A stretch of 58,352 bases of DNA, filler included, from Thelocarpon superellum (GCA_026025795.1; 2 parts of 2 records of this genome joined end to end with filler, not necessarily neighbours in it); one strand, 5' to 3'; shown: positions 31,691 to 45,699, numbered from the whole stretch's first letter. Notes: generated from the sequence alone by a model not told the origin. Translations and numbers: made by a program.

Positions 31691-34054
31691 ATGGCCACTG
31701 TCGTCGCCCGACCGACGCTGATCCGACAATCTCATACGCCTCCGCCACTCACCGGCTTAAATGAATCCACGCTCCATCACCTCGCCGTCCCTAACAAATT
31801 CCTTCCGCCCGTCTCGCCCGGACGGCCTCCGACCCGGGCGCCTGATACGCCGCCTGCCTCCCCACCCACCAAGCATCTAAATATTCATGCGTCGTCCATC
31901 CTGCACCCGCCCGATTCCGCCTCCTTACTCTTCGACAGCCCAGCCGTATACTCGGTGGATACGACGCAGCTGGCGGCCGCGCTTGACCACCTAGCATCCC
32001 AGGCACTTCCGGATCCCAAACAGGTCTTTCCTTGGCTCCATGGCCTGCACCCAGAGAACAACGTTCAACTTGGTTTCTTCGTGGCCCGCCGACGATCGCT
32101 CCGGCGCACCCCGAAATGTTTGCGCGGCATCACCATCGTCAAGGCCGGTGGTGATTTGAGCGCGTCGCGGATCACGGGCGCCATCGGTCCGGAGGAATTG
32201 CTGGCCCTCGACCAGGACTCTGATGTCAGTTTTCTCGAGGCCGACCCGAAGGAAGGCTTCTCCGTACGCAACTTTCAGATTCAAACCCGGAAGATGGCCC
32301 TCATCTCCGACATCGTCGTCTATGGCGATGACGGGACCGATCCCGCTCAGATTCATGCTTTAGCGAAACAATTCGCAGGTGCACAACGGCGGTGGCACTC
32401 GGCCAACGACCTCGAGGGCCGCGACGGGCCGCTGTTCCACACGTTTGTCCTCACATGTACGTCGGGTGGACCGTCGAGGCCATGAGGCCATGAGGCCGTG
32501 AGTGCGAGCGCGAGTGCACTCTGCTGACACGCAGAACAGCGTCCTTTGCGGATTTCGAGCGTGTCTGCCCCGAGTTGATCGCGGTTGACGCAAAAGGTCA
32601 GATGACGGGGCAAGTCACGGACTTTTGTAAGCAGTCACTTCCTTTGGCCGACGCATCCAGGCGATGACCGCTCACCCCTCTGCAGTCTATTCTGAGCGTG
32701 CAGAGATGTGCGCCATGTCGCGTGCGAGCGAGATCGCAACCAATGTTTGGCTTGGTCCAACACCGGCATCGATGCTGGGTGGCGTCGAGGGCGGCGCCGT
32801 CGATGGACCCGAATTTGATGTGATGATCGAGGCGAGCGATCTGGCCCCGATGCCTAACTCGGAGTTCCTGCACGATATCTCGACGATCGCGTCGATGGCG
32901 GATGAGCCGCAGCTGGTCGAGTTTCCATCCTCCGGGGGCATTGTCCCGCCTACCTGGACAATGGCAGAGATTGACGGCCTCGTGGACATGTGTCAGTGGA
33001 TCTACCGCATGGCCAACGCGGTGGACGACGACCCTTTTGAGGACCCAGCACCCGATACTGACGGCGACGTGCGTATCCGAGGCACGGGGACGCCGTGCAA
33101 GATCTTGATCCACTGCGCGGACGGGTATACGGAAAGCTCGCTCCTCGCTCTGGCCTACTTCATGTACGTCGAGGCCTGTCCGGTGCATGAAGCCTGGTTG
33201 CGCCTCCACGACGAGAAACAGCGCAACTTCTTTGCCTATCCCTCCGATCTCAGCGTGCTCAAGATGCTTCAGCCGCGCCTGCTCCGCGAGAGCCCACGGC
33301 AGCGTGACATCACCATCGTGAGCGAACCGGCCTGGCTGTCGCGCATGGATGGCTCCTTTCCCAGCCGGATCGTGCCATATATGTACCTGGGCAATCTCGG
33401 GCACGCCAATAATCCGGGCCTCTTGCGCGCCCTGGGTATCGGACGGATCTTGAGCGTGGGCGAGCCGCTCTCATGGTCGCCAGCGGAAGAGGCGATGTGG
33501 AACCCTGACAAGCTTCTCTACATCGATCAAGTGCAGGATAACGGCGTGGATCCGTTGACGGACGAGTTTGCTCGGTGTTTGGACTTCATCCGTGCGTGCA
33601 GCCGGCCCGCCCCGCATTGGTGGACGCTTGCTGACGATACTAGACCAGGGACGGCGAGAGGGTGGAGCCACGCTGGTCCACTGCCGCGTAGGCGTGTCGC
33701 GATCGGCGACCATCTGCATCGCCGAGGTGATGAGTTCTCTCGGCATGTCCTTTTCACGCGCCTAGTATGTCACACCACACCTTCTCTCGGGTGACGAGTG
33801 AGGCTGACCGACTGATGTAGCTGCTTTGTGCGTGCTCGACGGTTGAATGTCATCATCCAACCTCACCTACGATTTTCGTACGTATAATGTGGCAGCCCTT
33901 GCGAGCATCCCGCTGACGTGATCTGGGTAGATATGAGCTCCTGAAGTGGGACGAGCTTCTGCAAGCTCGGCGGGGTCAGCCGCTTAAGCGGGAACTTGAG
34001 TGGGCCAGCATCGCGCGAGAGATTACGTTGATGAATCGACCATACGCGCGATGA
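31691..34054 (+). CDS. PPS1: Dual-specificity protein phosphatase, Pps1-like (multi-exon)
   Basis: VFPWLHGLHPEN, FSVRNFQIQ, degenerate first site IHCADGYTES, catalytic VHCRVGVSRSA, C-terminal RARRLNVIIQPHLRF...MNRPYAR*. Confidence 0.9.
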
Positions 34055-34852
34055 CGGGCGGAGGTTGGCGTCGAACGATTCGTGGCGTGGAACGATTCTT
34101 GGCTTGAGTTGGGGCCCGTCGATTTGAGGACAGGGTATGGGCCGGGTTCGGATCGGTCTTGGATGGAAGGACCTTGGATATCTCATTGGAATTCTCGTCT
34201 TGCTTTCCCAGCCTGGATCATTATGGAGTTATGTTCTGCGGGGATGTGTAGGTGGGGGTGGGGTATCCGATGAATGATAGGTGAGCGGTTTGGGATCGTG
34301 GGGCTGAGGGCTGGGAACTGGGGTCTAGGAACAAGGACACGCGGATCGGGTACTGGGGCCCGGGGCAGGATCAGCAAGGACTCTTTTCATACGTTCTTGG
34401 GAGCGGATTGACTTTGTTTGTCACACCTGGTGGACAATAGCCTGCGCATACTCTCCAGGCCTGGACTGACCACTCTCATTACCAGCACACGAGCATATCT
34501 AGGAGAGCTTCGCTGTCTTCGGAGAGAATGCTCGGGAGCACTCCCTTTGATATCGGCGTCCGTCTTTTGGTAACGGGGGGTCTCCTTGTAGGAATTTATC
34601 GGGACAGATGATGTCTGATAACCCCCACAACATGACTCAGAATCTTCGAGAGAGGAGTTGACAATATGTTACCGTTGGTGGCTTGAACCTCGAACTTTAT
34701 TACCCAACGCTCCGAGCGAAATCTCATCGCTTGTCGGTCGGTAGTCGCGTGGGGGCCCCTCGCGCGGTGTGGAGGGTGCCCGTGCCCCGATCCACCGTGT
34801 GGCAGGTCTCTCTCTTCTCTGACCGTGTCACGCCTGTTCTTGAATCCTCACG

Positions 34853-36346
34853 ATGGAGAAGAAGAAGAGCATCGTCTTCTTCCACCCTGATTTGGGCATC
34901 GGCGGCGCTGAGCGCTTGGTGGTCGATGCGGCCGTCGGGTTACAGAACCGTGGCCATACCGTCACCATCTTCACCAGCCACTGCGACCCGAAGCACTCGT
35001 TCGACGAGGCGCGCAACGGTACATTTGCCCCGTCATACCCGATGCTCTCCATGACGACGTTTAAGTGGACTGATGTACCGTCCGGCAGGGACCCTCGATG
35101 TTCGAGTCCGTGGCCAATATCTGGTGCCGCCCAACCTCTTCGGCCGCTTTGCCATCCTCGGCGCCATTCTTCGACAGCTGCATCTGCTGGCGCAGGTGTG
35201 GTACAACGGAGAACTCGCGGCGCTGAAGCCCGATGTCTACTTCGTCGACCAGCTTTCCGCCGGCATCCCCGTCCTGCGCATGATGTTCCCCGACATCCGC
35301 ATCTTGTTCTACTGCCACTTCCCTGATAAGCTCCTCGCCTCCCGCCAGAGCTTCGCCAAGGAGCTCTACCGCCTTCCCTTTGACTGGCTGGAGGCCTGGA
35401 CCACAGGTGCAGCGGATAGCTTGGTCGTGAACAGCACCTTTACGAGCCAGGTCTTCGCGCAAGCCTTCCCCGGCTTGCGCGAGCGCACTCCGACGGTGGT
35501 CTACCCCTGCGTCAACGCCCAAGCGGCCCCGCCGACGGATGGCCCGACCTTGTGGGACGGCAAGCGGGTCATCCTGAGCATCAATCGATTCGAGCGGAAG
35601 AAGGGAATCACCTTGGCTTTGGAAGCCTTTGCACGGCTACGACCGGAGCAGCGGGCGGGTTCGCGGCTCGTGATAGCAGGTATGCCGTCACCCGGATGCC
35701 CCGGAAGCCCCAGCTGACCACCCCAGGCGGATATGATCCACGCGTCGCGGAAAACGTGGCCTACCATCGGGAGCTCTACCGACTAGCGGAGACGCGGGGC
35801 CTGACGGCGGCGACGACGCAAACCGTGGTGTCGGCGTTGAACATCCCGGCCGATATCGAGGTCCTGTTTCTCCTCTCCGTCCCCGCGTCGCTCAAGGCCA
35901 TGCTCCTTCACGGCGCCCGGCTGCTCGTCTACACCCCGGCCAACGAGCATTTTGGCATCGTCCCGCTGGAAGCGATGCTTGCGGGCACCCCCGTGCTCGC
36001 GGCGGACTCGGGCGGGCCGCTGGAAACGGTCGTCGACGGGCGCACCGGCTGGCTCCGGCCGGTGGATGACGTGGCAGCTTGGGCTGAGATCATGGGCCGG
36101 GCCTTGGACCCGGCCAGCGATGGGCTGCTTCGGCACATGGGCGAGGTGGGCCGACGACGGGTGCAGGATGAATTCTCCGCGGAGCTTATGGCGCAGCGGC
36201 TCGACGAGGAGATCGATCGCATGCAAAGTAGGCCCCGACCCGTGAATTTCATCGGCGGCGAGACCCTCTTCATGGCCTTTTTTGTCGCTGGCATCTCCAT
36301 CTTTCTTGGATCTCAGATTCAGAAACACCACTACTTTTGGCATTGA
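34853..36346 (+). CDS. ALG2: Alpha-1,3/1,6-mannosyltransferase
   Basis: [46 protein letters not shown]. Two introns. Confidence 0.96.
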
Positions 36347-37074
36347 GTTTAATCTAGGGAGCTGTCTGAGTATCTTGAAGCTATGTTCGTGTCCAAGTAC
36401 GCTTCTGAGCAGCGTGCAAGGACAAGGGAAGGCCGGCGAGGCTGACCGTCACCCAAGAGCGACACTCACAGTTCTCCAGCTATCATTTCGCAGGTACAGC
36501 CTATGTTACTGCTACTTCCCATTCCTCGCTGTTCGGTTGGCTCTGTTGCGCAGAGGGAGTTCAGCGAAAGATAGATCAAGGCTACTTATTGACTAAAACT
36601 CTGCTCGGGTCTCCCCATACAAATTATATGGGAACCCCTAATGCGGCATTTCCTGTTCTGATCTTCGCGAACAGCTGCTGTAGCTGTAGATTATGTCATC
36701 CTCCAACAGGCTTCACTCTGGAGCGACACCACGTGACAACGCGTGCTTCGTATCGGCAGGCGCGTCCCTTGTGGTTGATTGTACGAGTATGTTACGCTTG
36801 TAGGAATTAGAGCTGAATTGCTAATCTACGCGTAGTCGGGATAGTAATAGGAGTATGCTCGTGACCAGATCACGTGCGCTCCTACACGCTTAGCCGAGGT
36901 GCCTATAGTTGTGTTGATGCACGATGTACTTCGTACTATGTCCCAGTAACGTCTGCATGACCATACAGAAGAGATGTGGGGCAAGGCGACATGAGTGACA
37001 AGGATTGCTTGTGCCAAAGGTATTCTACGAGCCTGCCTTCTTTCACCATGCTAATTGCTGTGCTAGTCGGCGTC

Positions 37075-39073
37075 ATGACGGCGGTCATCGACTTGTGCCT
37101 GAGCGACACACCTGAGAGGCCTCGACCACGTCGATCGGTAGGCGCTATTGCGACGTCAAGCTACATCCTCCTCTCCGACGAAACCGATGGCGGTCTGGTC
37201 GATGATTGTGGACGGATCGAACCACCAAGGAAGAAACGCAAACCCAGTCCTCTTCTACCCCCAACGTCTCCTTCCGTCATTGACGATGCCGCGATTGAAT
37301 CTTTACGACCCTCTCCAGAGCCGGCCACCCTCCCCAAGGCCACCACGTGTCGAAAGTCCGCTCTCGTTCCCACTTCCGTTCCAATTTCTCTAATCTCATC
37401 GCCCATTGAGATCCGAGCCGCAATCAAGGCCACTGGCTCAGCCAGCCTTTTAGCCGGCCTGAGCGACGAGTCGGACGACCTCCCCGACGATATAGTCCCG
37501 ACCCGCCCGAAGGGTCGCATCAAAACTCCCCCTAAACTAGTGTCACAGCTCTCGGCTCGTACAGCTGCGTTGCTGGCAGATATCAATTGCAATGCACCAG
37601 CCAGGCGACCACGATCGAGCAAAAGTGGGGTCCGACGGGTGGACGAGGATCTCGATATTGATCCCCGTCCTGTGCTGGATGAAACTGCATCTCAGAAGCA
37701 CCCCGTGAAGCGGAAGCGAACGGAGGCACAAGAGGAGCAGGCACGGATAAAAGCTAGAGAGAAGGAGCTTGAGAAAGAAAGGAAGCAAAGGCTGAGGGAG
37801 CAGAAGGCGCGTGAGAAGCAGGTTGCCTCCGATCTTGCCCGGATCAATCGGGCTCGAACGGACAAGAAGATATCAACAGCGGAGATGATTGTGGATCTCT
37901 CGTCGTCCCTGGGAGAGTCGGTGTTTGCCGTGCACCTCCGACGTTCTCTGAAGAACCTCGAGATCGAGACGTCATCGCACGAATGGCCCATGGCCAACAT
38001 CATCCGATGGCGGCGGAAAGTGATGTCGCGATTCAACGCGGAAATGGGGCACTGGGAGGCGGCGCCAAGGAGTATACAAAAGGAGGGGCACGTGCTCTGC
38101 TTCATGTCCGCCAAGGAACTGGTCGCACTGGCGTGTCCGACTTCGGCCGATCCCGAGGGTCAAGATCTCGACGCACATGTGCGACGAATGAAGAGTCACT
38201 TTGACGAATGCACGCCAATCTACCTGATTGAGGGGCTTGCGGCATGGATGCGGAAAAACAAGAATGTGAGGAACCGGGCATACCAGGCTGCCGTCATGGG
38301 CCACACGCGTGAACCCGCGCCGCCCCCTGAGAGCCGGCCAAGCTCAAGACGCTCCAAGAAAGCGGTGCAGACATACGTGGACGAAGATGCCATCGAAGAC
38401 GCCCTTCTTCGACTCCAAGTAGCGCATGAATGTCTGATCCACCATACGCATGCGGCGGTCGAAACGGCGGAATGGATCACAAATTTCACCCAGCACATTT
38501 CCACAATTCCATATCGGTGAGCCTCCTGCCCGCTTGAGGAGAGGTACGTCTAACGTAGGGGAAGCACGCAACGAATGAATCTGGAGACCGGCTTCTGCAT
38601 GGACTCGGGCCAGGTGAAGACGGGCGACAATGCAGACGACACGTACGTGCGAATGTTGCAGGAGATCATCCGGGTCACGGCGCCAGTCGCTCACGGCATC
38701 GCGTCGGAGTTTGGAAGTGTTCGTGCTCTGGTGTCTGGGTTGGAGGAACAGGGACCGCTAGCCTTGCAATCTCTCAAGGTATGTGCACTCTACTGTATCC
38801 CTAGGCCTTTTCTCCTCGCCCTTCCTTTGACACATGATCAACCGCCCACCATTCAACGAGCGCATCTACAGCCTCATTCACAAATGATATGGAGAGGAAA
38901 GAGAGAAAAGGCAGAAGAAAGGAAGACGAAGACGACAAAGAAGGAGAATTAACAACCAGCAGAAAACAGCCAACAAAAACGGCGCCTTTACGGACGGCAA
39001 CATCGGACCAGCGATCAGCAAGCGGATCTTTAAGATCTTCACAGGGCGAGATCCGTCTTCTACGGAGGTGTGA
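37075..39073 (+). CDS. EME1: ERCC4-domain crossover junction endonuclease subunit (Eme1/Mms4-like)
   Basis: EMIVDL, IRWRRKV, PIYLIEGL..WMRKNKNVRNRAYQ, IEDALLRLQV, FCMDSGQVKTG, IGPAISKRIFKIF. Two introns; the last (about 38779-38962) is long and purine-rich. Confidence 0.88.
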
Positions 39074-39230
39074 GCGATTTCTCGGTGTCATGAGGGAGGA
39101 GGTGGGGATGGAAGGAGGTCAAGATGGCTCATGTACTGGCTCTGCTGCTCACTCACATTCAATCAATCGAAGCATTCAAAGTATCAGACAACCACCCCAC
39201 ATATGTGTACTCTAAAAAGCAAAGAAGGGT

Positions 39231-40711
39231 CTAGTACCGAATACTCCTCGTTCGATGATGTGGTATCACGTCCCCGTTCCTTGTCCTCGCTCTTTCTCCT
39301 CCATTAGATGATGGTCTCTTGATACTCGTCTCGCCTCCGTTTAGCTCCGCCGTCTCCTTGCCTTCACCATTGGTGATCTTGGCCTCCTGACGTCCACTCA
39401 AAGCCTCCACTCCCCCCTCTCGCCCTTCTCGCCCTACAACACCACTCAACGCCTCCGCTTCCTTCTCCTTGACAGTGTCATAGAGGAAGAAGTCAATCAA
39501 GATGGCATTGATCGACGCGTGCGGATGACGCTGCAAGATGTCGCGCCGGATGAGCTCGATAGCCCAGATGCTGCATCCGCGCAGTTCAATCTCCCACACC
39601 TCGTTCGGCTCGATGGGTTGGAGCGAGCGGATGTGGTGTTCCAGGGTGGGACCGTACTGGAGACATCCAAGTGAGTGTAGCATCTGCGGGATACGGTAAT
39701 CTAGGCCACGAGTATGAGCAAGGTGTGCGTTTTTCCAAAAGCCAGACGAGAGCAAGGGCGTTCAGCTCAGCGGTGGTAGTGGGGAGAGCCACTCACCGGC
39801 AAACATGGTGATTTTGTCAATGTCATCAAAGCGACCATATCCCTCGCCGTCGAAACAGGCCCAGAGATCAGCAACGAGGATCTGTGCCCGCTTCAGGATC
39901 GGCACTCTCCGCCCCTCGAAGCGCGACTCGTCGCGGAAACAGGGGAAGTTCTCGGCCAGCAGATTGACCAGCGCCGGCGCCGAATGGTTGGCTCGTTGGA
40001 TGCAATTGCTGAATCGACATGCGAATTCCTTTGTCGTCCACTTAGCGGGGAGAAACGGGGACGGGACAAGGAGGTCGCGTACGTCGTATAGAACGGCTCC
40101 GGCCTCGCGGAGACAGGCAAAGCGTTCCTTGAACAGCGGTATCTCCTCGTCTGTTGCAGACCGAAAGATGTTCTTCAGCGCCTCTTCGGTGAATTCGTCT
40201 TCGTTTTGCCAGTAATCTGAGCTGGTGATGGGAATTCCTAGCGGATGGGGCGTCAATGCGGTTTCCTTAAGAGACCTAAATCCATGACCTACATACCCTC
40301 GTCAAGAGCACGCTGTAAGGCGGCCACCAAACTCCAATACCCGGTCCACCGCCGCCCTCGATATTCAATGGCAAAGCGATCATCCGGCCCTCGCTCAGAC
40401 CAAAAGCAAAAGTTCAACAAATCCATGGTGAAGATGAAATTGACGGTGGACTCGTCGCGGGACTGCGGATGGAGCTCGTGCGTCGCCCATGTCTTGGTCG
40501 AGTAGCCCTTCTGCTGCATCAAAGTCCAGATGGTGGTCGCGGCCGCCTTGGTGGATCGCATGTCCAGTGCCACGTCGATGGCGTTGTTGTATACATGTTG
40601 AGCTCCTTCCAACACCCCCGTCTCCGCCGGCCGAGGTGTGGTTGAACCGCCTAAGCCAAGGGATTGACGGAGCAAAGCTAGGAGCTCCGGGTCGGCCTCA
40701 TCGTCGGACAT
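39231..40711 (-). CDS. QNG1: Queuosine salvage protein (DUF2419; Q-nucleotide N-glycosylase)
   Basis: MSDDEADPELL, FIFTMDLLNFCFW, WTGYWSLVAALQRAL, KRAQILVADLW, ITMFA/DYRIPQ, EIELRGCSIW, IPHHRTRSI. Three introns. Confidence 0.92.
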
Positions 40712-41125
40712 GCGTTCTTGTTCTCTCTTTCCTTTTTCTGCTTTTGTGTCGTCGTTCAATGCTCGGGGCTCAGTGATTGGTGGAATGGGATGCGTCATGC
40801 AGATCGCGCCGCTGCAGTCTGCACGTCCAACTCTATCGTACGAGCACTCGTACTCCCACCTCCTTCCGCAGTACACTTTTACTGCAACTCCAACAAACTC
40901 CATCCGGAGTATTTACTCGTTACTCGCACTCGCACTCGTGGCGGACGCCACACTCGCGCGAAATCACCTGATACTGGCCGATGAAAGTCTCGGCCATTGC
41001 CGTCCTCCGCCATCCGCCCTGCCGTTCCTTCAACGCTACAATCTCGGGCACACGTCCACTACTGTATTCGCTTTAGACGATACCGATGCTGCCATTCATG
41101 GCCATGAACAATGCTCTAGACCTGC

Positions 41126-41989
41126 TCAAGGCGACACGTGCGCCAGCCAGCGTCGATCCAATGGCGACAGGCCCTCCCCAAAACATCGCTGGGCAAAGAC
41201 GTTGATGAAACCCGCGGCCACCCAGCCGTACACAAATGTCTCGCAGTAATGACATCGAATGCAGGTATGTAGGCCGGCGCTGTGGATCAACGGCTTCGTG
41301 GCAACCATCCGCGCCAACGCGTCGGCGACCTTGAGGTGGGTGCAGAAACGCTTGCGAAGGGGTGCGTCATCCTTGACCCTCTCGACCCATTCGGAATCGA
41401 CCTGATCGTCATGGATGTTGAAATAGGTCAGGCTAGTCAGCCACCAGTAGGCCATGTGCCAGCCCGGGCCGTGGCATTCGTGTGCCCGATTATCCCAAAA
41501 CATCACGAAGACGAACGGGTCATGGCCGACGAAGTGGCACCGATGATAGTCCTCGCCGGTCCGGACCGGTTGTCGCAAGCCAAATGGAGTGTCGTTGTTG
41601 ACCAGTGTTCTCGCCCGCAACTTCCCAAGGTTGGCTCGGTAGTGCGTGAGGCTCATCGACAAGTGAGGACAGAGCCAGGCCGTCCGGCATCGGCGCACCC
41701 ACGGCCGTGCCAGCTGCGCTCTCGTTTCGAACCAGGAGGGATCGTGGTATGTGCGGCAGAGGCTACAGATGAGCTTCTCCGCGTTGCGTCCGTGGTCCTG
41801 TTCTGAAAGGCACTGCGTCGCAAACATCTCCTCCGGGTTCGATCGCACCTGCGCGTATAGCCGCGCGAGTTCGTCCACCGAGAGACTGAAATATAGCCCG
41901 CGGCTGCTCTGTCTCAATGCCAACGTTGAGCTGGGCGACAGGTGGTCGATGATCATCAAGAGTAGGTCGACTGGAAGACGGTGAAGCAT
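41126..41989 (-). CDS. F-box protein with Cys/His-rich C-terminus, intronless (start uncertain, could extend to 42109)
   Basis: F-box-like LHRLPVDLLLMIIDHLSPSSTLALRQSSRGLY, followed by CSLCRTYH, LCPH and CIRCHYC motifs. Confidence 0.75.
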   Translation of the reverse strand: MLHRLPVDLLLMIIDHLSPSSTLALRQSSRGLYFSLSVDELARLYAQVRSNPEEMFATQCLSEQDHGRNAEKLICSLCRTYHDPSWFETRAQLARPWVRRCRTAWLCPHLSMSLTHYRANLGKLRARTLVNNDTPFGLRQPVRTGEDYHRCHFVGHDPFVFVMFWDNRAHECHGPGWHMAYWWLTSLTYFNIHDDQVDSEWVERVKDDAPLRKRFCTHLKVADALARMVATKPLIHSAGLHTCIRCHYCETFVYGWVAAGFINVFAQRCFGEGLSPLDRRWLAHVSP

Positions 41990-43469
41990 GACATAGTCGC
42001 CCACAACGACCGTGGCGCGGTCCGAGGCCCTTTCCGATTCGAGACTCATTGAGAGCGAATGGAGTGTTTGAAGGAACATGCGAAGTAGGAATAGTAGCAC
42101 GAATGCCATGACCGGACATCAGGATACCGATGCTGAGGACGAACGCTGAAGCAAGGCAAGCGGGAAGTCATCTAGTGGAGGCACATCGTGGTTGTCTCTG
42201 CCGTCGGGGCAGATGCCGGGTGAGCTTTGGCCGGCACGATTCACTTGGCCTGGTCAGCGACAGAGAGACGCACCGGCGGACCAGAGGATTCCATCCAGCG
42301 ATCAAGTAAGAAAGCACGTTATCAGCCCCAGACATCTCGAGGGCACTTTCCGTTCACAGACGTCCACACGAGGTGCTCTTGACCTGGTCAGGTTTGACCC
42401 TGGTCCACTTGGCAGTCACGGCCCGAGTCGAAACTTCAGACGCTCCGATCCGGCCTCCCTTGGCCCGATCCGGATCTGGGCGGTTGATCTCGGACACAAC
42501 AACGTGACAAAGAGCTGGCACTTATCTCATTACAACCGGCGAAGGAGGGTTGTCCCGGAAGGACAGATGATCAGACTCGGTCGTCTCTCATAACGACCCT
42601 TGGGGCGCGACCGGAGCTACCAAGCACAGCACGGCTGGGGCAATCCCGTTGAAATGGTCCTGAGGTGAGCACCTGCCTTGCTCAGAGGAGGCACGAAGGA
42701 GGTTCGTTCCTTATGTCATACGTCTCATATCGCGGCTGTCGGGTGGCATTCGGATCGTGCAGTCGTCAAATGAACGGTGCAAATGCGTTCCCAAGATTGG
42801 AAGGGGCTCCCCGAGGCATGTCATGGGATGAGTGCAGGTCCGAAAGTAAGGAGTGGAATCAAGCAACTTAACGCTTAACTAGGACAGGACAATGAAGAAA
42901 ACGAGGCTCGTATCATTGAAGCTATTGGACCTGCTCTTGTACTGACTAGAGAGATACGAAGGTGGGAGTGACAAGTCAGTAAACCTGACGCATGCGAATC
43001 TGTGCGCACTCTTCCAGACTCATGTAGGCACACACTGCTCTTGTCAAGTCTACTGGACAGGTCAACCGATTTCACAAACAAGAAAGTATCCCATCTGAGC
43101 TGGTCCTGACAGCTGCGGTGATTGACATGGCTTCCACAAAGACAAAGGCGAGCCAATTCGCGGCGGGTGTATGAGTAACATTCTGTTGAGACACGTCGTA
43201 GGGAGCGTTCGTGGTACGGTTGGCAACGAACACCACAGTGGTAGCACGGACCAGTGCGTACTACGGAACTACAAAGGGTCAAACAGCGTCATGTCCCATG
43301 TTCCTTGTCGTCACGGCTCCTGGACCAACATCCCCCAGCCAAACGGGGAGGCTGCCTCTTCATTACCGTCACTCCTTTAAAGATCTAGGGTATCTCTGGG
43401 ACCACTTTCTTCCCCCTCCACTTCTTCGATGTCGTGAATCTCCCTGGACTGCTCGCCATCTTCCACAAC

Positions 43470-45646
43470 ATGCCTCGTGACCGGTACCTCCGACAGTCTC
43501 TCGGGACGCTCCGCAGTCGCATCGCCGAAGTACGTCGCCTCCACCTTTCCCACGCTTGCTCCGATCAATCGCTGACCTGGGTCTTCCTGGTGCAGTCCCG
43601 CGTGCTGCTAGTGGGTGCAGGAGGTATCGGCTGCGAGCTCCTCAAGAATCTAGTGCTCACCGGCTTCGGCGAGATCCAGATTGTCGATCTCGATACGATT
43701 GACCTCAGCAATCTCAACCGACAGTTCCTCTTCAGACATGAGCATATCAAACAGCCCAAGGCCTTGGTCGCCAAGGCCGTCGCCGGCAAATTCAACCCCC
43801 GTGTCAAGATTGACGCCCATCACGCCAACATCAAAGATGCCCAGTTTAACGTAGCCTGGTTCCAGGGCTTCACTTTGGTCTTCAATGCCCTCGACAATCT
43901 CGACGCGCGTCGGCACGTCAACAAGATGTGCCTAGCCGCTGACGTGCCGCTGATTGAAAGTGGAACCACGGGATTCAATGGCCAGGTTCAAGTCATCAAG
44001 AAGGTATCTCGCGCCCAGCTCGTCCACCATGGTCCTTTCACTTGCTAACCCGCATCAGGGCAAGGCTGAGTGTTACGACTGCAATACCAAGGAGACCCCA
44101 AAGACGTTTCCCATCTGCACGATCCGGAGTACTCCCAGTCAGCCGATCCACTGCATCGTGTGGGCCAAAAGCTACCTCTTCACCGAGATCTTCGGCGCCA
44201 GTGAAGACGAGGCGCCCGAGCTGAATCACACGGAAGACGCCGAGAACATGGACGAGATCGAGAATCTACGTCGTGAGGCGCAGGCATTGCAGCAGATCCG
44301 GGCCTCCATGGGAACCGATATTTTCCCGCGTCGGATCTTCGAAAAGGTCTTTGGCGAAGATGTTGAGCGCCTGCGCGGCATGGAGGATATGTGGCGGTCG
44401 CGAAAGGCTCCTGAAGTACTACCATATGACGTCGTAAAGGAGGAGGCGTCTGCCGTCGACCCGTCTATTGCGATGGATGACCAGCGTCCCTGGACCCTGG
44501 CCGAGAACTTTGCCGTCTTCTCCGACAGGTGCGTCCAGTCATGCCCGCATCGAGCTCCAAATACTAATGGGACCTAGCGTACATCGGTTGAGCAGGCGGC
44601 TGCAAGATGCACAAGCCCAGAACGGTCATGGCGCCGCACCTGCCGTCTTGACGTTCGACAAGGATGACGTGGATGCGCTGGACTTTGTCGTGGCCAGCGC
44701 CAACTTACGGTCTCTTGTGTTTGGCATCGAGACTCGTTCCAAGTTTGGCATCAAGCGTGGGTCTTCTCGTCCCGGTAGAAGACAGACTGCTCACTTTTCA
44801 CAGAAATGGCTGGCAACATCATCCCTGCTATTGCGACCACCAACGCTATGGTCGCCGGGCTCTGCGTCTTACAGGCTTTCAAGGTCATGCGCGATAACCT
44901 GTCCAGCGCGCGAATGGTGTGAAGCACGCATACCTTCGATCGACGCTATTCTGACCGCTCCCAGGTATTCTTGACCAAATCCACCGATCGCATCATCTCG
45001 GCCGAGCCCCTGCGCCCTCCCAAGCCCGACTGTCCTGTGTGTAGCGTGGTCCAGTCCACGTTGGAAGTCGACACGTCACGAGCGACGCTCAACGACCTCG
45101 TCCAGGGGGTCCTTCGTGAGACATTGGGGTATGGAGCGGAGTTCAGTGTCAACAACGACGTCGGTACCATGTACGACCCCGAGCTCGAAGACAACCTTTC
45201 CAAAAGCTTCAGCGAGCTCGGCATCCAGAGCGATAGCTTCCTGACGATTGTCGACGAGGATGAGTCGAGTCCCCGAGTGAACTTGGTGCTCTCAATCACG
45301 GCCAAGTATGTTCCATGGCGACATTTTGATGACGTCGGCTAATCTGCAAAGAACCATTCCGGAAGACACTCCCCCAATCATCCCTCCCACCCATCTTGAG
45401 GTCCCACGGCGACCCGTGGTCGTCAGCACCGCCGTCGCCGTGCCCAACGGTCACACGAACGGCGTGTCAAAACCCACCGACGTTGTGGCAAAGCGGAAGC
45501 GTGCAGCCGATGACGATGGGGAGGCACCGCACGCCACGAAACGGGGAAAGGCCGCAGACGACACGACGAATGCCACAGCTGACGATCTCATCGTGGTTGA
45601 TGACGACGGCGTCAACGGTGCCATCATCATTGGCGATGACGGATGA
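43470..45646 (+). CDS. UBA2: SUMO-activating enzyme subunit 2
   Basis: [28 protein letters not shown], catalytic [31 protein letters not shown]-terminal SIM-like LIVVDDD/AIIIGDD. About 6 introns. Confidence 0.95.
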
Positions 45647-45699
45647 TTTCGATAGATGCTCTTGGGCTCGGTCTGGATAGGGCCGTTCGCACCGATACT

